Of a DNA stretch of 44,061 bases, positions 1-12,540 are shown one piece after another (position 1 is the stretch's first letter; each line of letters opens with the position of its first letter). The stretch spans positions 1,113,379 through 1,157,439 of the forward strand of contig MU053754.1 of the NCBI GenBank assembly GCA_013239625.1, read 5' to 3'. The DNA is from Lama guanicoe. Its lineage: Eukaryota. The translations under genes and the position numbers were made by a program. The notes beneath the pieces are model-generated. The model had not been told where the DNA came from, ran no database searches, and was given only the letters and a program-made list of their open reading frames with translations.

Positions 1-183
1 ATCAGAAGTCCGGGTCTCTTTAGCATGAGGTGCCAGTTCCCCTTGGCTGGTGCCAAAGTGACGGACGGATTGGGAGGGAAGGTGCGTAAACTAAACGCAG
101 TACTGTCCTTCATCCCAACCCAACATCAGTAGATTAGCTTTGCCGCAGGGCAGGGGTGAGGACCCAAGTTCAATTCAGGAACA
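1..183 (+). mobile_element. Probable 3' end of an ERV-type LTR
   Basis: Ends ...gacccaagttcaattcaggaaca, resembling LTR U5 termini (CA end). Abuts the MLT1 fragment. Confidence 0.35.
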
Positions 184-199
184 ACAGCAGCAAATCCAG

Positions 200-431
200 T
201 CTCCACATACCTTCCAGCTGTGTCCTCACATCCATGTCTGTCTGTGGCCAAATTTCCCTTTTATAGGCATACCCATCGTATCGAGTTAGGGGCTTACCCC
301 ATTGAAGTATGACCTCCTCTTAACTAATTATATCCCCAACAACTCTATTTCTGCATAAGGTCAATTTTCTGAGGTTCTGGGGGTTAGGAATCAACATACG
401 GATTTGGGGGGACTTAATTCATCCCATAACA
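200..431 (-). mobile_element. MLT1 (ERVL-MaLR) LTR fragment
   Basis: Typical MLT1 motifs 'tatgacctcctcttaactaatta', 'aaggtca...tctgaggttctgggggttagga' and terminus 'ggggacttaattcatcccataaca'. Confidence 0.75.
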
Positions 432-1187
432 GTGACTAAAAATACATCATATGCTATGTTGTTTCAACCATACCAACCTACAGCCCAACTGAGAAATCTC
501 TGCCTCAGTATATTCATGCTTTTTTTCCCATTTGCTTTAAAAAATCACTATCAGTGTTTGTTCCTTAACTGTGGCTTCCGTGTCACCTCCCAGCATATGT
601 CAGAGCATCGGGGCTCACAACCCATCTGTCTCTCCATCTTGCCAGTGATGACTAGTCCCCTGTGTTTTACATAAAGTGCTTATATCTTCAGCATATGTTT
701 CCATCATAAGGAGACAAGTGTTAACCATAATGTAGACTTGGTAAGACCAAGTAGTTCAGCTTTCGGTGGAAACAGGCTGCTTAAATAACCAGCACACAGG
801 CACAATGAGATGACGTGGCCAGGTCCAGAATCGGTGCCCCCCGCCCTCCCCCACCACCGGGGGAACCAATCTATTCTTACGGTGCTCTTTCTGCCCTGTG
901 TCCAGACCCTCAACTTTACACTCTCCACCATTCCGTAACTGGACCTTGACTGCTAATGACCGCTGCTCTCTGAAGTGGCCATTATGGAGTCTTCCTCCTG
1001 AACCCAGACTTCCTGAACTCCTAGGGTCAGAGGGAGCAGTGATGGGATCTTTCCCCATCAACAAGCTGGAGCCCAAACCCATCTTTCAAAGAGACGGCGG
1101 CCGACCACAACTCCTGTCCTCTCCTTGACTAACGGCCATACTGAAACCGACTGTGTCCTCAATGACATGCCTGCTGAGGAAGCCTAC

Positions 1188-1260
1188 TTCACAAGCTAAA
1201 TCTTCTTTTTCTTCCTCTCCTTTTTCAGTTTTATTAGGTAGGATTCACAAGCTAAATCTT
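1188..1260 (-). mobile_element. 39-bp retrotransposed micro-insertion flanked by a 17-bp target-site duplication
   Basis: TTCACAAGCTAAATCTT at both 1188-1204 and 1244-1260. The insert has a T-rich tail and TTTATT (AATAAA on minus) at 1230-1235. The right TSD ends TCTT|AA. Confidence 0.7.
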
Positions 1261-1420
1261 AATAAATGTTACGTAACCCTGAACAGAGGAAGGTTGGTCA
1301 GAAGAACAACGCTGGGGCCAGGAGGCGGAGAATGTCAAGTTTCGATGCTAAAACGTGGCCTGTGTCATCAAGCAGAGGAAGGCACTGGAGAGAAGCCCCA
1401 GGCCCTAGATAACTCTAAAG

Positions 1421-1572
1421 CAGGGGTTCTCAAAGTGGGGACCAGGGACCATCACCGGAAGCTTCTTAGACACACAAATCCCGGGTCTTACCCCAGACCT
1501 GCAGGGCACGGCAAGCTGTGTTTTAACAAGTCTTCCAAGTGACTCTGAGCCTCGCTGAAGCTGGGGAACCTC
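1421..1572. mobile_element. MER5A-like hAT-Charlie DNA transposon fossil
   Basis: 'caggggttctcaaagtg...aaatcccgggtcttaccccagacc...tgtgttttaacaagtcttccaagtgactctga...gggaacc' matches recalled MER5A architecture. Confidence 0.75.
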
Positions 1573-3224
1573 GACACCAAGGGGGGACAATTCGTCTTTC
1601 TTCACTGCACAGGACTTTACGAAATCCCACTCCGGGTGTTGCTCCCTTCCCTCCGCGTTACCACGTACGTACGCTCTGAGTACCTAGCTGGCTCTGCAGG
1701 TAGACAACAGGCCGCTTAAATAAGCCACCACACAGTCATACCGAACCTCCACACTGCTCGCCACGCGAGTACTCGTAGCACTCCAGTTATTGAGAAAGAC
1801 AACCCTCTCGATCAAGCAGTAAGTCAATCTTTGGATGTGTGTGTGTGTGTGTGCATGTATAATTTCCTACCCAGTCAAGTGCATGTCTGCTCCTGAGCCT
1901 GGGAAGGGACTGCCCAAGATAACAGCACCCAACACCATCCAGGCCTAGCTGGCCTCCACTCTGCCTCGGCCTCACCTCTGTCTCTTCCTAAAACACAACT
2001 GGAGTAAGATGTTACTTATTGTCCAGGATGACAGTGAGGAAACAAAAGGAAGGCAGACTCTAAAGGCACTCAGAAATTCCTCTACTATTTCTCAAAGCAG
2101 ACGCCTGACAGTTGTGAAGCTTGACAGGCGTGATCTGAGGTTTCTAGTAGGCAGTCCCCGTGAGGCACGTTACAACCTGGCTTCTGACACACTGACCAGC
2201 AGAGGTGAAAGATTTTTAAATGATCAAGCTAATTACTCACAAGCATTAAGAGGAGCCGGAGAGAATACGTCACCAGATAAGAGAAACTGAATTCTGTTGT
2301 TATTGTCACTACGACCATTTAAAAAAATGTCTACTTAGAAAACAACATACAATGCCCCATAAATGAAAAGTACTATTTCTACTTGCATTCCCACAGAGTA
2401 TGTTAGTGATACGTTCTGGAACACACCGAATAAGCCCTAGAAGTACTTTTTCTAATATTAAAGCAAAGTCTACCTTGATACACACATACATGCTGGAAGC
2501 CTCAGGAGAAACTGTAGCTGAATGTCATCTGCAGTGCAGGAAATCTAAGCAGGAAAAAAGAATGACCAGAGATACACGGTTTTCCCAGTCTGACTTTACT
2601 AAGTCCCATTTTTGGTCACACAGTTTTCCTATGATATATGCATCTTGATTGTGCTAATTTATGTGTTATTCATTAGCGAGCACAGAATAATTAATCACAC
2701 TAAAATGGAGCACCCCATAGTCCATTATGCCCTGACTTATATGATATCCTAGCCCATTCATCATGATTCTGGGTTGTTTTAATATGAACTTCAAAAGACA
2801 GCATGTTCTAATGAGCGATCACTTGAGAAAACATAATGAATTAAATGGGATGCAAGAGAAAGAGCAATAACCCCAAGAAAAGACCTCACTTTGCAAAAAA
2901 AAATCAGTTCCAAGAAAAATGTTACCTGCAGAATTATAAGCAACCCTGCATCCGGCAAGTTAGGTATGTTTTCCTAACAGAATAGATACCCTAGAATTCA
3001 GCGGCCTTTTCTCCTTACACAGTATGTATCCAAGATTTCAAATTTCAGTTTTAAAATCTACTTAAACTATTCCCACGCATCACAGGGGAACAGAAAATCT
3101 TTATGTGACAAGAGCATGTGAGACGTGCGTTTCATCCTCTATATATAGAACAAGGTGCTTTCAAATAAACTTCAAAGGGTACATTTTTTAAATTAAAAAG
3201 TTGCATTAAAATTTTTTATTTACA

Positions 3225-4232
3225 AAAAAAAAAGATTTTACTTTTTGAAGGGGGTTTAGGTTACCAACAAAATTAAAAGAAAGGTACAGAGGTTCCCATA
3301 CACCCTCTGCCCTCCACAACACACACAGCCTCCCCCACCATCAACATCCCCACCAGTGCACAGGTGTTACAAGTAATGAGCCTACAATGAAACATTATTG
3401 TCAGACAGCATCCATGGTTTACATTAGGATTCACTCTTGGTGTTGAACTTTCTGTGGGTTTGGACGAAGGGATAATGACATATACCCATAATTATAGTAT
3501 CACACAAGGTATCTCCAGTATCCTAAAAAGTCTGTGCTCCACCTATTCATTCCTACTCCAGCCTCCACCCAAACCCCTAGCAACCACGGATTTCTTTACT
3601 GTCTCCACAGTTTTGGCTTTTTAAGAATGCTGTACAGTTGGGATCATACAGCACATAGCCTTCTCAGATGGGTTCCTTTCACTTAGTGATATGCATTTGA
3701 GTTTCCTACATGTCTTTTTGTGGCTTGATACCTCATTTCTGTATAGTGCTGAATAATATTCCACTGTCTGAATGGACCTCAGTTTATTTATCCATCACCT
3801 AAGGAAGGACATCTTGGTTGCTTTCAAGTTTTGGCAAGTCTGAACAAAGCTGCTCTGAATATCCATGTGCAAGTTTCAGCGTGGACAAATTTTTACCTCA
3901 TTTGAACAAATACCAAGGAGCACAACTGCCAGATCAAGGGCATGCTTTGTTTTGCAAGGAACTTCCAAGTGACTGTTCCATTTTGCATTCCCAGTAGCAA
4001 CAGAAAAGAGCTCCTATTGCTTCACATCCTTGCCAGCCATCTGGTACTGTCAGTGTTCTGGGTTTTGGCCATTCTCATGGGTGTGTAGTGGAATCTCACT
4101 GTTGTTTTAATCTGCATCTCCCCGATGACATATGATGTGGAGCAGCTTTCCATATGCTTGTTTGCCACTTGTATATTTTCTTTGGTGAGATGTCTGTTGA
4201 GGTCTTGGCCCATTTTTAAATCAGGTTGTTTA
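3225..4232 (-). mobile_element. Old L1 (L1MA/L1MB-type) 3' fragment: ORF2 C-terminus plus 3'UTR
   Basis: Minus ORF 4022-4213 (DLNRHLTKENIQVANKHMESCSTSYVIGEMQIKTTVRFHYTP) is the L1 ORF2 C-terminal region. Typical L1M 3'UTR motifs are present. Confidence 0.85.
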
Positions 4233-4528
4233 AATCACCTTTTATGACTTTCAGACCAGCCTTTGCAGGATCAAGGGGTTCCCACTACTCATCTTTGAGT
4301 CCCAAGATCTTCAGTACCAGGCACTCACTCTGTGCCTTACTTGTCTCAAGAACCACAGCCAATGCTTCCATAGAGCTAAGTACACGTGAGGTTCTGCTCC
4401 AAGTCAACTGTGTGGCATCATAGCACAACCCAACGAAGCGGTGATACCATGGCCACCACTTTACAGGTGAGACAACTGAGGCAAAGAGCACTAAGTGGTC
4501 TGAAAGAAGGCCCAGAGCCCAAAGGTTT

Positions 4529-5303
4529 GTGTTTTGGGATTTTTTTTTTTTACTTTTTAAACTGAGTTATAGTCATTTTACAATGTTGTGCCAAATTCCA
4601 GTGAAGAGCACAATTTTTCAGTTATACATGAACATACACACATTCATTGTCACAATTTTTTTTGCTGTGAGCTACCACAAGATCTTGTATATATTTCCCT
4701 GTGCTATACAGTATAATCTTGTTTATCTATCCTACATTTTGAACTCTCAGTCTGTCCCTTCCCACCCCCCACCCCCTTGACAGCCATGTTTGTATTCTGT
4801 CTATGAGTCTGTTTCTCTTTTGTATTTACTTTTTTTTTTTTTAGATTCCATATATGAGCAATCTCATATGGTATTCTTCTTTCTCTTTCTGCCTTACTTC
4901 ACTTAGAATGACAGTCTCCGGGTCCATCCATGTTGTTGCAGATGGCGTTATTTTATTCTTTTTTATGGCAGAGTAGTATTCCATTATATAAACATACCAC
5001 ATCTTCTTTATCCAGTCATCTGTTGATGGACATTTAGGCTGTTTCCATGTCTTGGCTATTGTAGATAGTGCTGCTATGAACATTAGGGTGCCGGTGTCTT
5101 TTTAAAGTAGGATTCCTTCTGGATATACACCTAGGAGTGGGATTCCTGGGTCATATGATAAGTCTATTCCTAGTCTTTTGAGGAATCTCCATACTGTTTT
5201 CCACAGTGGCTGCACCAAACTGCATTCCCACCAGCAGTGTAGGAGGGTTCCCCTTTCTCCACAGCCTCTCGAGCATTTGTCATTTGTGGACTTTTGAATG
5301 ATT
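4529..5303 (-). mobile_element. Younger 5'-truncated L1 (camelid-like 3'UTR) with probable TSD
   Basis: ORF 4841-5083 MFIAALSTIAKTWKQPKCPSTDDWIKKMWY...EYYSAIKKN is the L1 ORF2 C-terminus. Poly-T near 4540-4551. Flanks cagagcccaaagg (4513-4525) and cagaggccaaagg (5304-5316) differ at one base. Confidence 0.9.
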
Positions 5304-5894
5304 CAGAGGCCAAAGGCTTTTTGAAGGGAAAAGATGTTTACTTGCAAAGAAGTTCCAAGGGAATCAGACTTTATGGACCAGCTCACCAAATTTAAAACAC
5401 ACAGCAGGCATTTAAAGGAAAAGATGCAATATGGCCGACTTTACATTTGTCTGGTCATGGCTGGAAAACTCCAATTTTCTACATGGCTATCACAGCCACA
5501 GACGCCATGACATACCTTCAGAATCGTCACTGCCAAGACAGAGATACAGCTGTTTTCATTTAGGAGAATGTTTACTATAGAACGGAAGCAAAGCATTTTT
5601 TCTAACTGCATTTTATAGACCCAATTGCCTTATTCTTTCCTAGGATCTCAAACGGAGACATAAACAAGCACCCCTCCAAACTCCCACGTCATGAGTGAAG
5701 GAGAACACTGTGAACGCCACCAATTTACTGGCTCACGTATCTGAGCCTATTCTTTCAAAGAGGATACCTGAATACATAATAAAAGAATCATACATGTACA
5801 CACATTTAGATAGGGATATGCATATATGAATACAGACAGTGACCTCCAGACAGCAGATCCAGAGAGACAGAAAGAAAAAGAGATAGAACTAGGC

Positions 5895-6108
5895 CAGTGG
5901 TTTTCAACAGGGGCGATTTTGTCCTATGGTGCACAATGGAATGTCTGGAGATCATTTTTTTGTCACAACTCGGGGTGGGAGGGATGCTACTGGAACCTAC
6001 CGGGTAAGGACCAGGGATTCTGCTAAACATCCAGTAATGCACCGGACAGCCCCACAGTAAACGATAACCTGGCCCCAAATGTCAATAGTGCCAAGGCTGA
6101 GAAACCTG
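5895..6108 (+). mobile_element. MER20 (hAT-Charlie) with 8-bp TSD
   Basis: cagtggttttcaac...ggccccaaatgtcaatagtgccaaggctgagaaacctg matches MER20. Flanks aactaggc (5887-5894) and aactagac (6109-6116). Confidence 0.9.
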
Positions 6109-7405
6109 AACTAGACACCCTTGGATAATATGCATACAAACATATACATGGAAATACATTTTGGCCCTAATTTCATATGGTTGTTCAAAAAAGAACAAAC
6201 TTTTTTTTTCAAAACTGTGAAGTAATAAATAGAATAAGAGTTTACAATATTGCCCTATTAAAAAATAGGTTAAAAACATTATTCAAGTCCATGCAGGGCC
6301 CCTGAAAAACAGAAAGCTCAAAATACACAAATGGATATCTGTTCTCACAGTCTCACCTCTAAACACATTTCTCTCTGGTGATACTTAAGTGAATATAGTC
6401 CATCCAGAAGTATTTTTTTTTATTTCTTTGCAGCTGTGAGGACATTATCTCATAACTCTGGATTCAAAAATGTGGAAACAACAATAAGAAAAGATGTTCC
6501 CTACTTTCTTTGCGATTCTGGCCCAATGGGAAAATAACTTCCCAGATGCAGGCCATTTCTGGAATGATCAGCAAATGGATTTGGCTGTGCTGCCTTCACA
6601 ATGGTACAGCCAAATGTCAAAACAAAGGAAGGAGATGGAAGGGGAGGGAGAGGGGAAGAGGTGACAGAAAGGGAGAGAAAATCCATTTCTAGTCAAAGAC
6701 ATGTCAGGGATATCCATCAAAACTCAGCTAAGAGCCTACCGTGTCTAAAGGAGGAAGAAAGGAGCTGGGGTACCTATTTTAGATTTAAAAAGCACAGTTC
6801 TAGGTCTCAAGGGCTATAGTAGCCCAAAACACAGAAGAGAACACAAGAAATCAAGTGGGTGCCCACCTTCAACCAATGATGATCTTGACAATCTTTCACG
6901 GTGCACAGCATCTTGGGTGATTTCTCTGCACTTCCTTGCCACTGAAGACATTTTTTAAAAATCCCAGTTACCAAAAACTTTTATAGCAACCAGTCTCCTA
7001 TTTCCTTCTCATTCTTTCTGAAAGTAATCAGTAACTTCCACATAAACTTGGCATTCTTCTCGTTAACAGGCTTCCACTCCAGAAAGCAAGCTCCAAGTTA
7101 ATGCTGCCCTGTGGCTTGTAACTTCACCTCCATCTGAGTCATCCACACAGCAGGACTGCTGGGCAAGAATGGGCCAGCCTAGATGCCTGGCTGGCCTTCT
7201 GCTCCTTGTTTCATACGCAGTTACTCCTCTGTGGAGAGCAAAACCCTGTTCACTGGGGGAAAGAGTCATAGAGGAAGGGACAAGACATCAGTAAGCGGGG
7301 CAAAACTAAGTCGCTTGTCATGATGGACAGGCATGGAAACCTGAGTATCTCAAGTATCTCTGTCTGCACAGAGATTTCTAAGGAAACAGTCGCACATTTC
7401 CAAAT

Positions 7406-7995
7406 GTGGGGATGATGAAGATGATGACTGTGGATGCTCATGGTGGTGATGATGGTGGCGGTGGTGGTAGTGATGATGATGATGGTGGTGGTGATGGTGG
7501 CAGTGATGGTGATGATTATGACAGTGGTGACAATTATGATAGTGATGATGGTGGCGGCAGTGATGGTGATGATGGCGACGATTATGACACTGGTAACAAT
7601 TATGATAGTGGTGATGGTGATGATGATGGTGGTGATGATTTGGTGGTGGCGGCAGTGATGCTGACAATGGTGATGATTATGACACTGGTGACAATTATGA
7701 TAGTGATGATGATGATGATGGTGGTGATGATTTGGTGGCGGCGGCAGTGATGGTGATGATGGCGATGATGATTTGGTGGTGGTGGCAGTGATGGTGATGA
7801 TGGTGATGATTATGACAGTGGTGACAATTATGATGGTGATGATGGTGGTGATGATTTGGTGGTGGTGGCAGTGATGGTGATGATGGTGATGATTGTTTAC
7901 TGGTGACAATTATGATGGTGATATGATGATGGTGACTGTGGGTGATCATGGTGATGATGTTGATGATGATGGTAGCAGTGATGGTGATGATGACT
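7406..7995. repeat. Composite low-complexity (GAT/GGT)n tandem repeat with higher-order motifs
   Basis: ~590 bp of GAT/GGT triplets with a recurring ACAATTATGAT motif (7530, 7596, 7691, 7824, 7906) and recurring GATTTGGTGG...GGCAGTGATG motifs. Confidence 0.95.
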
Positions 7996-10309
7996 CCCCC
8001 ATGATTGGAAATGGTCTTGGTATTTGCATCCCATAGGGGTCTGCTCATCAGCTGGAAAGCAAACTGATGGCCCTGAAATACCAGGATCCTTGGCATATGT
8101 GGTTTGTTATAACAGCACTTGGAAATCTGGCCAGGGGGTGGGGTGACATCTCACTGTAAGCTGTGCATCGTCTTCAAAATCTCTCTTACTATTCTAGGTT
8201 GGTAAGTGTTTGTGAACTTTCCTTCCAGTCCACAAAGTATAACAAACAGCATAAATTTCAAAAGAGTGCTATTCATTCCAGTAGCACAGGCAGTCAAAGG
8301 CAGGAGCCGAGACGTTTATTTAAGTCTAGAAAGGACTGTCTCCCTCAATTATGTGTTATCAGAGAATGAAACAAAAGTTGATGGACTTGCATCAGATGAA
8401 CCATTTATACAAACCCTACAGGGACACAATAAATAAAAGGTGAAATCACCTTTAACCTGAAAGGTTTATTTTTGCTTGTATTTAGAATTTTTCAATTGTT
8501 TAGTCTTTCTTTTAGAGAAGCTGTCAGTAATCTCCCAAGAATGCCATCCATCTGGTTTGTCTTTAGGTAAGAATGCCATTTGCATTGGAGGGAGACAGGA
8601 ACAACAAAAATACTGTGATGCATTTCAAATGTGTGAATTATTAATGCATTAGAATATTATAGTGGGTGAAAAAGGTATAAACTAAAAACAGAATACGGAG
8701 AAAACAACTCTAAATTGCTTAACTAAATGAATTCCCATCATTTCTCTTGTCCCCGGCACCAGTACAATTAACGACATTTTTGGAAGGTGATGGATTACTT
8801 TAGAAAAGTAATGTTTCTGGTTTCTTTAAAAGGACTCTGTTATATATTCATTTATAGACTTATAAAACTGTCACTTCTTTGGATATAATCAGAAATTAGC
8901 TATGAAATTTAAAAAGTCATCAGCGACAATGAGATACTAAACGGAGAGGAAACATGCATTTTCGTTCGCTGAAGGTTATTTGACATCCTGTGCGTACCAG
9001 CTGGGAACAAGCACTTCTCTAAAATGAAGATTGTGATCACCATACATTATATGACTTTCAACTGGTGACAGCCTATCTACCTTTTCTTTCAAAGAAAGAA
9101 GGTAATACGAAATACCAAATTACACATTTGGAGGTCAGTCTAACACAGTGTTATTTTCAAGTTGGCAGGACATTAATAACTTGGAGAGCAAAATCTTATT
9201 AAATGACAGAAGTTACCATTTAAAACAAAAGGATAAGTAGAATGTGAATTAAGAGCTTTAGTTAGCTTTTTTCCCCCTCTTGATGAGCCACTGTTTCTCA
9301 GATTCTCCTAAGGACAGATTTTTGCACTTCGGGGGATTCAAGGACTGCATTCATCACCATTTTCTTTTCATGTGCAGCCTTGAGAACTGCCTAATTTCTT
9401 TTCTCAGAATCCCTTATTGTCCAATTGTTTTTATCTTACAGAAATGCTGAGAAGAATCATAAAGGGTAAACAGAAACACACACACTCCCTGAACCAAAAT
9501 AAAAGGAAAGCAAGCATATAAAGCACCCCTGAGTTCTTGGAAGTAGCTGTCACGTAAGTACCAGCTATGCTGACCACTTGCAAATACTCCGAATGTGTCC
9601 CGCCACCACACAAAACAGCCATGGCAGCCAGGAATGAAGGTCAAGGCTGAAGCCCTGAGACTTGTTATTCCCAGACAACAAATTCATCCTCTATGACATC
9701 AAGGAGTCCAGCTGTTCGTGAAGCATTTCTGCAAGGATCAAAGTAACACTCTATTTTGTTAGACAGAATTTTGGTGGACCTAAACAAAATCAATTTATAA
9801 ATGAAAAAATAGTCTTTATCTAAGAAATTATGATAATGTGTTCAGTGCTTATATATAAACATTTAAAAGGTGATTTATGATTATCCTTTCTTCACTGCAA
9901 CAACTCTTGGTAATGATTTGCGTAAATGTCTGTCTCTTTTTTAGGAGAAAAGAATTCTCTTGTGGGCAGGAAGTGCATGTCGGTCATGCTGGGTGCCCAG
10001 AATCTAAGATACCTGCAGGATAACTGTGTGTGGCAGATTCCTATTGGCTGGAAGAAGAGCTGGGCTGGACAAATGCACAGGGGACGTCATTGATGGGCTG
10101 ATAGTTTTCAAGGTTTTTTCTATCACCCAGCAAACTTTCAGTTGTCCACAATTGTGCGGCTCCGTGATGCAGTGGTGCCCCCGGGCGCCAACGCAGGGTG
10201 AGAAATGGAGGTCCCTTTCCCCTCAAAACTCCGGGATTCTCAACTGCATTACCAGTTGGTGTTTCTCCTCTGCCTTGTCTCACTGTCAGCATGCTGAGAA
10301 GCAGGGTCA

Positions 10310-10460
10310 TGTAGTATAAATATTTGGGAATATGACGATTAGGGCTTGAGCTTCTGCTATGAAGCCTTGGTTATCTCACTTCCCAAGACCTCACAGCCTT
10401 CAGCTGTCTTATCTGTAAAGCCTCACAAGAGTTGCTGTGAAGGTCAAGTAGATATTTATC
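10310..10460. mobile_element. Degraded MIR SINE
   Basis: Resembles the MIR core ('gccttcagctgtcttatctgtaaa...gttgctgtgaaggtcaagtagata'). Confidence 0.45.
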
Positions 10461-11577
10461 TGACACTACTTTGTCAACACCAAGACGTTATAAAATGCCA
10501 GGAACCTTCTAACCTGAGGCTCAGTAACTCAGGTGACTTTCTTAGTTTGGGTCCAGCCCCACCCACATTCAGAACGGGGGTAGCCAAAGTACGATGGCAG
10601 GGAGATGAAGGTGGGGAGGGCAGACACCTTCTCTCCTTCTTTTGCCCACGTGGGGCTCTTTCTTCGGGATGCTGGGGAGGATCCCCACAGAGATCAACTG
10701 AATAGATGAGAGCTGCTGCTGGTGTAGACTGGCTTCACCCACACCTGTAAGTGTGATAACCGGCTCCCAACCAGTCCTGCGGAGCAAAGCTGTGTCACAG
10801 CTCCCCCAGCGGGCTCCCAAAGCACGGCTGCTGGCTGGGGGGCTGATGCTGCATCCTGCCCATTGGGAGCCACTGAGAGTCCCCAACAGAGGGACCTAAC
10901 TACTGCGAGAGTCTGCGTGGGAAGAGCTATTCTGCATGGGAAGAGCCCAGCTTTCGAGGCTCAGCTCAAGCCTCGCCTCCTCTGGGACACGTTCCCTAAA
11001 GCGACAAGCCCCCTCCTCTGAGATCTCATACAAATAACTCTCCCTTGTGGACTGACGTGGTCTGTTTATAAGTCTTCACCACTACTAGACTATACATCCC
11101 TCGAGAGTAGGGCTTTTACAGCCTCATCTTTGAAATTGCAGCAATCCATCGATATTAGCTGAAATAAATGGAAGTGATTAAAGGGGTACTTTTTAAAAGG
11201 GAGAGACAGATCCAGCATTCACAGTCTGTGATTTGCATTAAAATGAGCCATAAACACTGCTTCCATAAATCTTTCCTTACTTACTGGCCGTCAGGGATAA
11301 CTAATTCTATCCAACCTGCTCCACCATCAGGGAAAATGCCTCCACTCACCATTTTGAAACCATGTGTGAAATCTTTTAAGGCTACAGAGGGGACAATACG
11401 TCCTGGGGGATGTGGTGCCTCTGGCTGCCTGCTGAGTAAATCCAAAGTTGGTTAATATCTGAATTGGTTCTCCCTGCTATCTCCTTAGACCCGTCAGGGG
11501 CGCTGTGGTTAACGATGTTCCCCACACCATCCGCTGTCCACCTACCACACAACCATTTCAAGGTTGCTGTACTAGTA

Positions 11578-11766
11578 CAGGTGTCCCTTGAGATCCATGG
11601 GGGACTGGTTCCAGGACCCCCGTGGACACAAAAATCCACGGATGCTTGAGTCCCTTATATAAAACGGCAGAGTATAGCCAGCTCTCTGTATTTACAGGTC
11701 CCTCACTTACGGATTCAACCAACTGCAGGTAGACGGAACCAGCACATACAGAGCACCAGCTGCGTA
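11578..11766. mobile_element. TcMar-Tigger (MER2-like) MITE
   Basis: 'tacaggtgtcccttgagatccatgggggactggttccaggacccccgtggacacaaaaatccacggatgct...agtcccttatataaaa' matches the recalled MER2/Tigger left end. TA at both flanks. Confidence 0.75.
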
Positions 11767-12124
11767 TGTTTTTCATATGGGCAATGAAGGAGCATGATCT
11801 GCTTATATACTGGGCTCAAGAGTTGAAACTTCTTTGCTGGGATCATCAGGAGAGATAAAGTCAAATAACAAAATGTTCTGACTCTTAGCACTTCCTCATT
11901 TAGAAAGATCCTTTTTTATATCTGTACGAACTCTCAAGATTTTTTAAAGGGACAGTGGGGAAAAGTCTGAGCTCAGAGTTGTGAAAGCTGGGATTTATTT
12001 TCACTTCTATAGTCTACTATCTGTATGTGCTTGAAAAAATCATTTCTGTAAGCATCAAGCTGTCTAATCTGAAAAACACCTGTTTTTCAGATTAGACAAT
12101 TAGGTAAGGTATCTCTCTGAAGGT

Positions 12125-12540
12125 AGGCGTCTGAGATGGGGTTTCGCAAAAGCAGAGGCTGAAGGGGGGATTTCTGTGTATGTGATGTACTGAGGGGAGC
12201 TCTCAGCAGAGGGGGAGGGAAGAATGCGGGGGAGCTCAGTAGGGTTGTGATCTCAACTAGAGACTTGCATGAGCCTGGCCCCATGCAATGCTTTGGAGCA
12301 TAAATTGCACAGAAGAGTTGATCCCAGCAGGACGCTGGCCTCCTGCATGCCCAGCAATGAGCCACTGGCCATGACTCACCCTGTCAAGGGAGGAGGATAC
12401 AGTGCCTTGCTGGCAAGATGGTACCCATGGCGGAAGGTTAGTCTCTGAGGGGGAGCAGCTGTAAGCTATTAGCAGCCAATACAGGATGCAGGTGGCCAGC
12501 AGGGTGAGGGACAGAAGGTCACCAACAGCATCTACCGAGA
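12125..12540 (-). mobile_element. Ancient ERVL LTR (LTR33/LTR41-like)
   Basis: 'gtctgagatggggtttcgcaaaagcagaggctga...ctttggagcataaattgcaca...accaacagcatctac' resembles these families. Subfamily uncertain. Confidence 0.55.

Noticed and set aside
740..1170. Possible decayed coding or LINE sequence (ORFs 756-1082, 898-1128)
   Set aside because: No recognisable protein similarity; cannot be classified without a search.
1620..1815. CpG-rich patch with 10-bp palindromes CGTACGTACG (1664-1673) and CGAGTACTCG (1766-1775)
   Set aside because: Too short for a CpG island; 10-bp palindromes are expected by chance in 44 kb.
7250..8096. His-, Ile/Thr-, Asp/Gly- and Met/Val-rich ORFs (up to 219 aa)
   Set aside because: Artefacts of the stop-poor (GAT/GGT)n repeat; open in several frames on both strands, with no evident exon structure.
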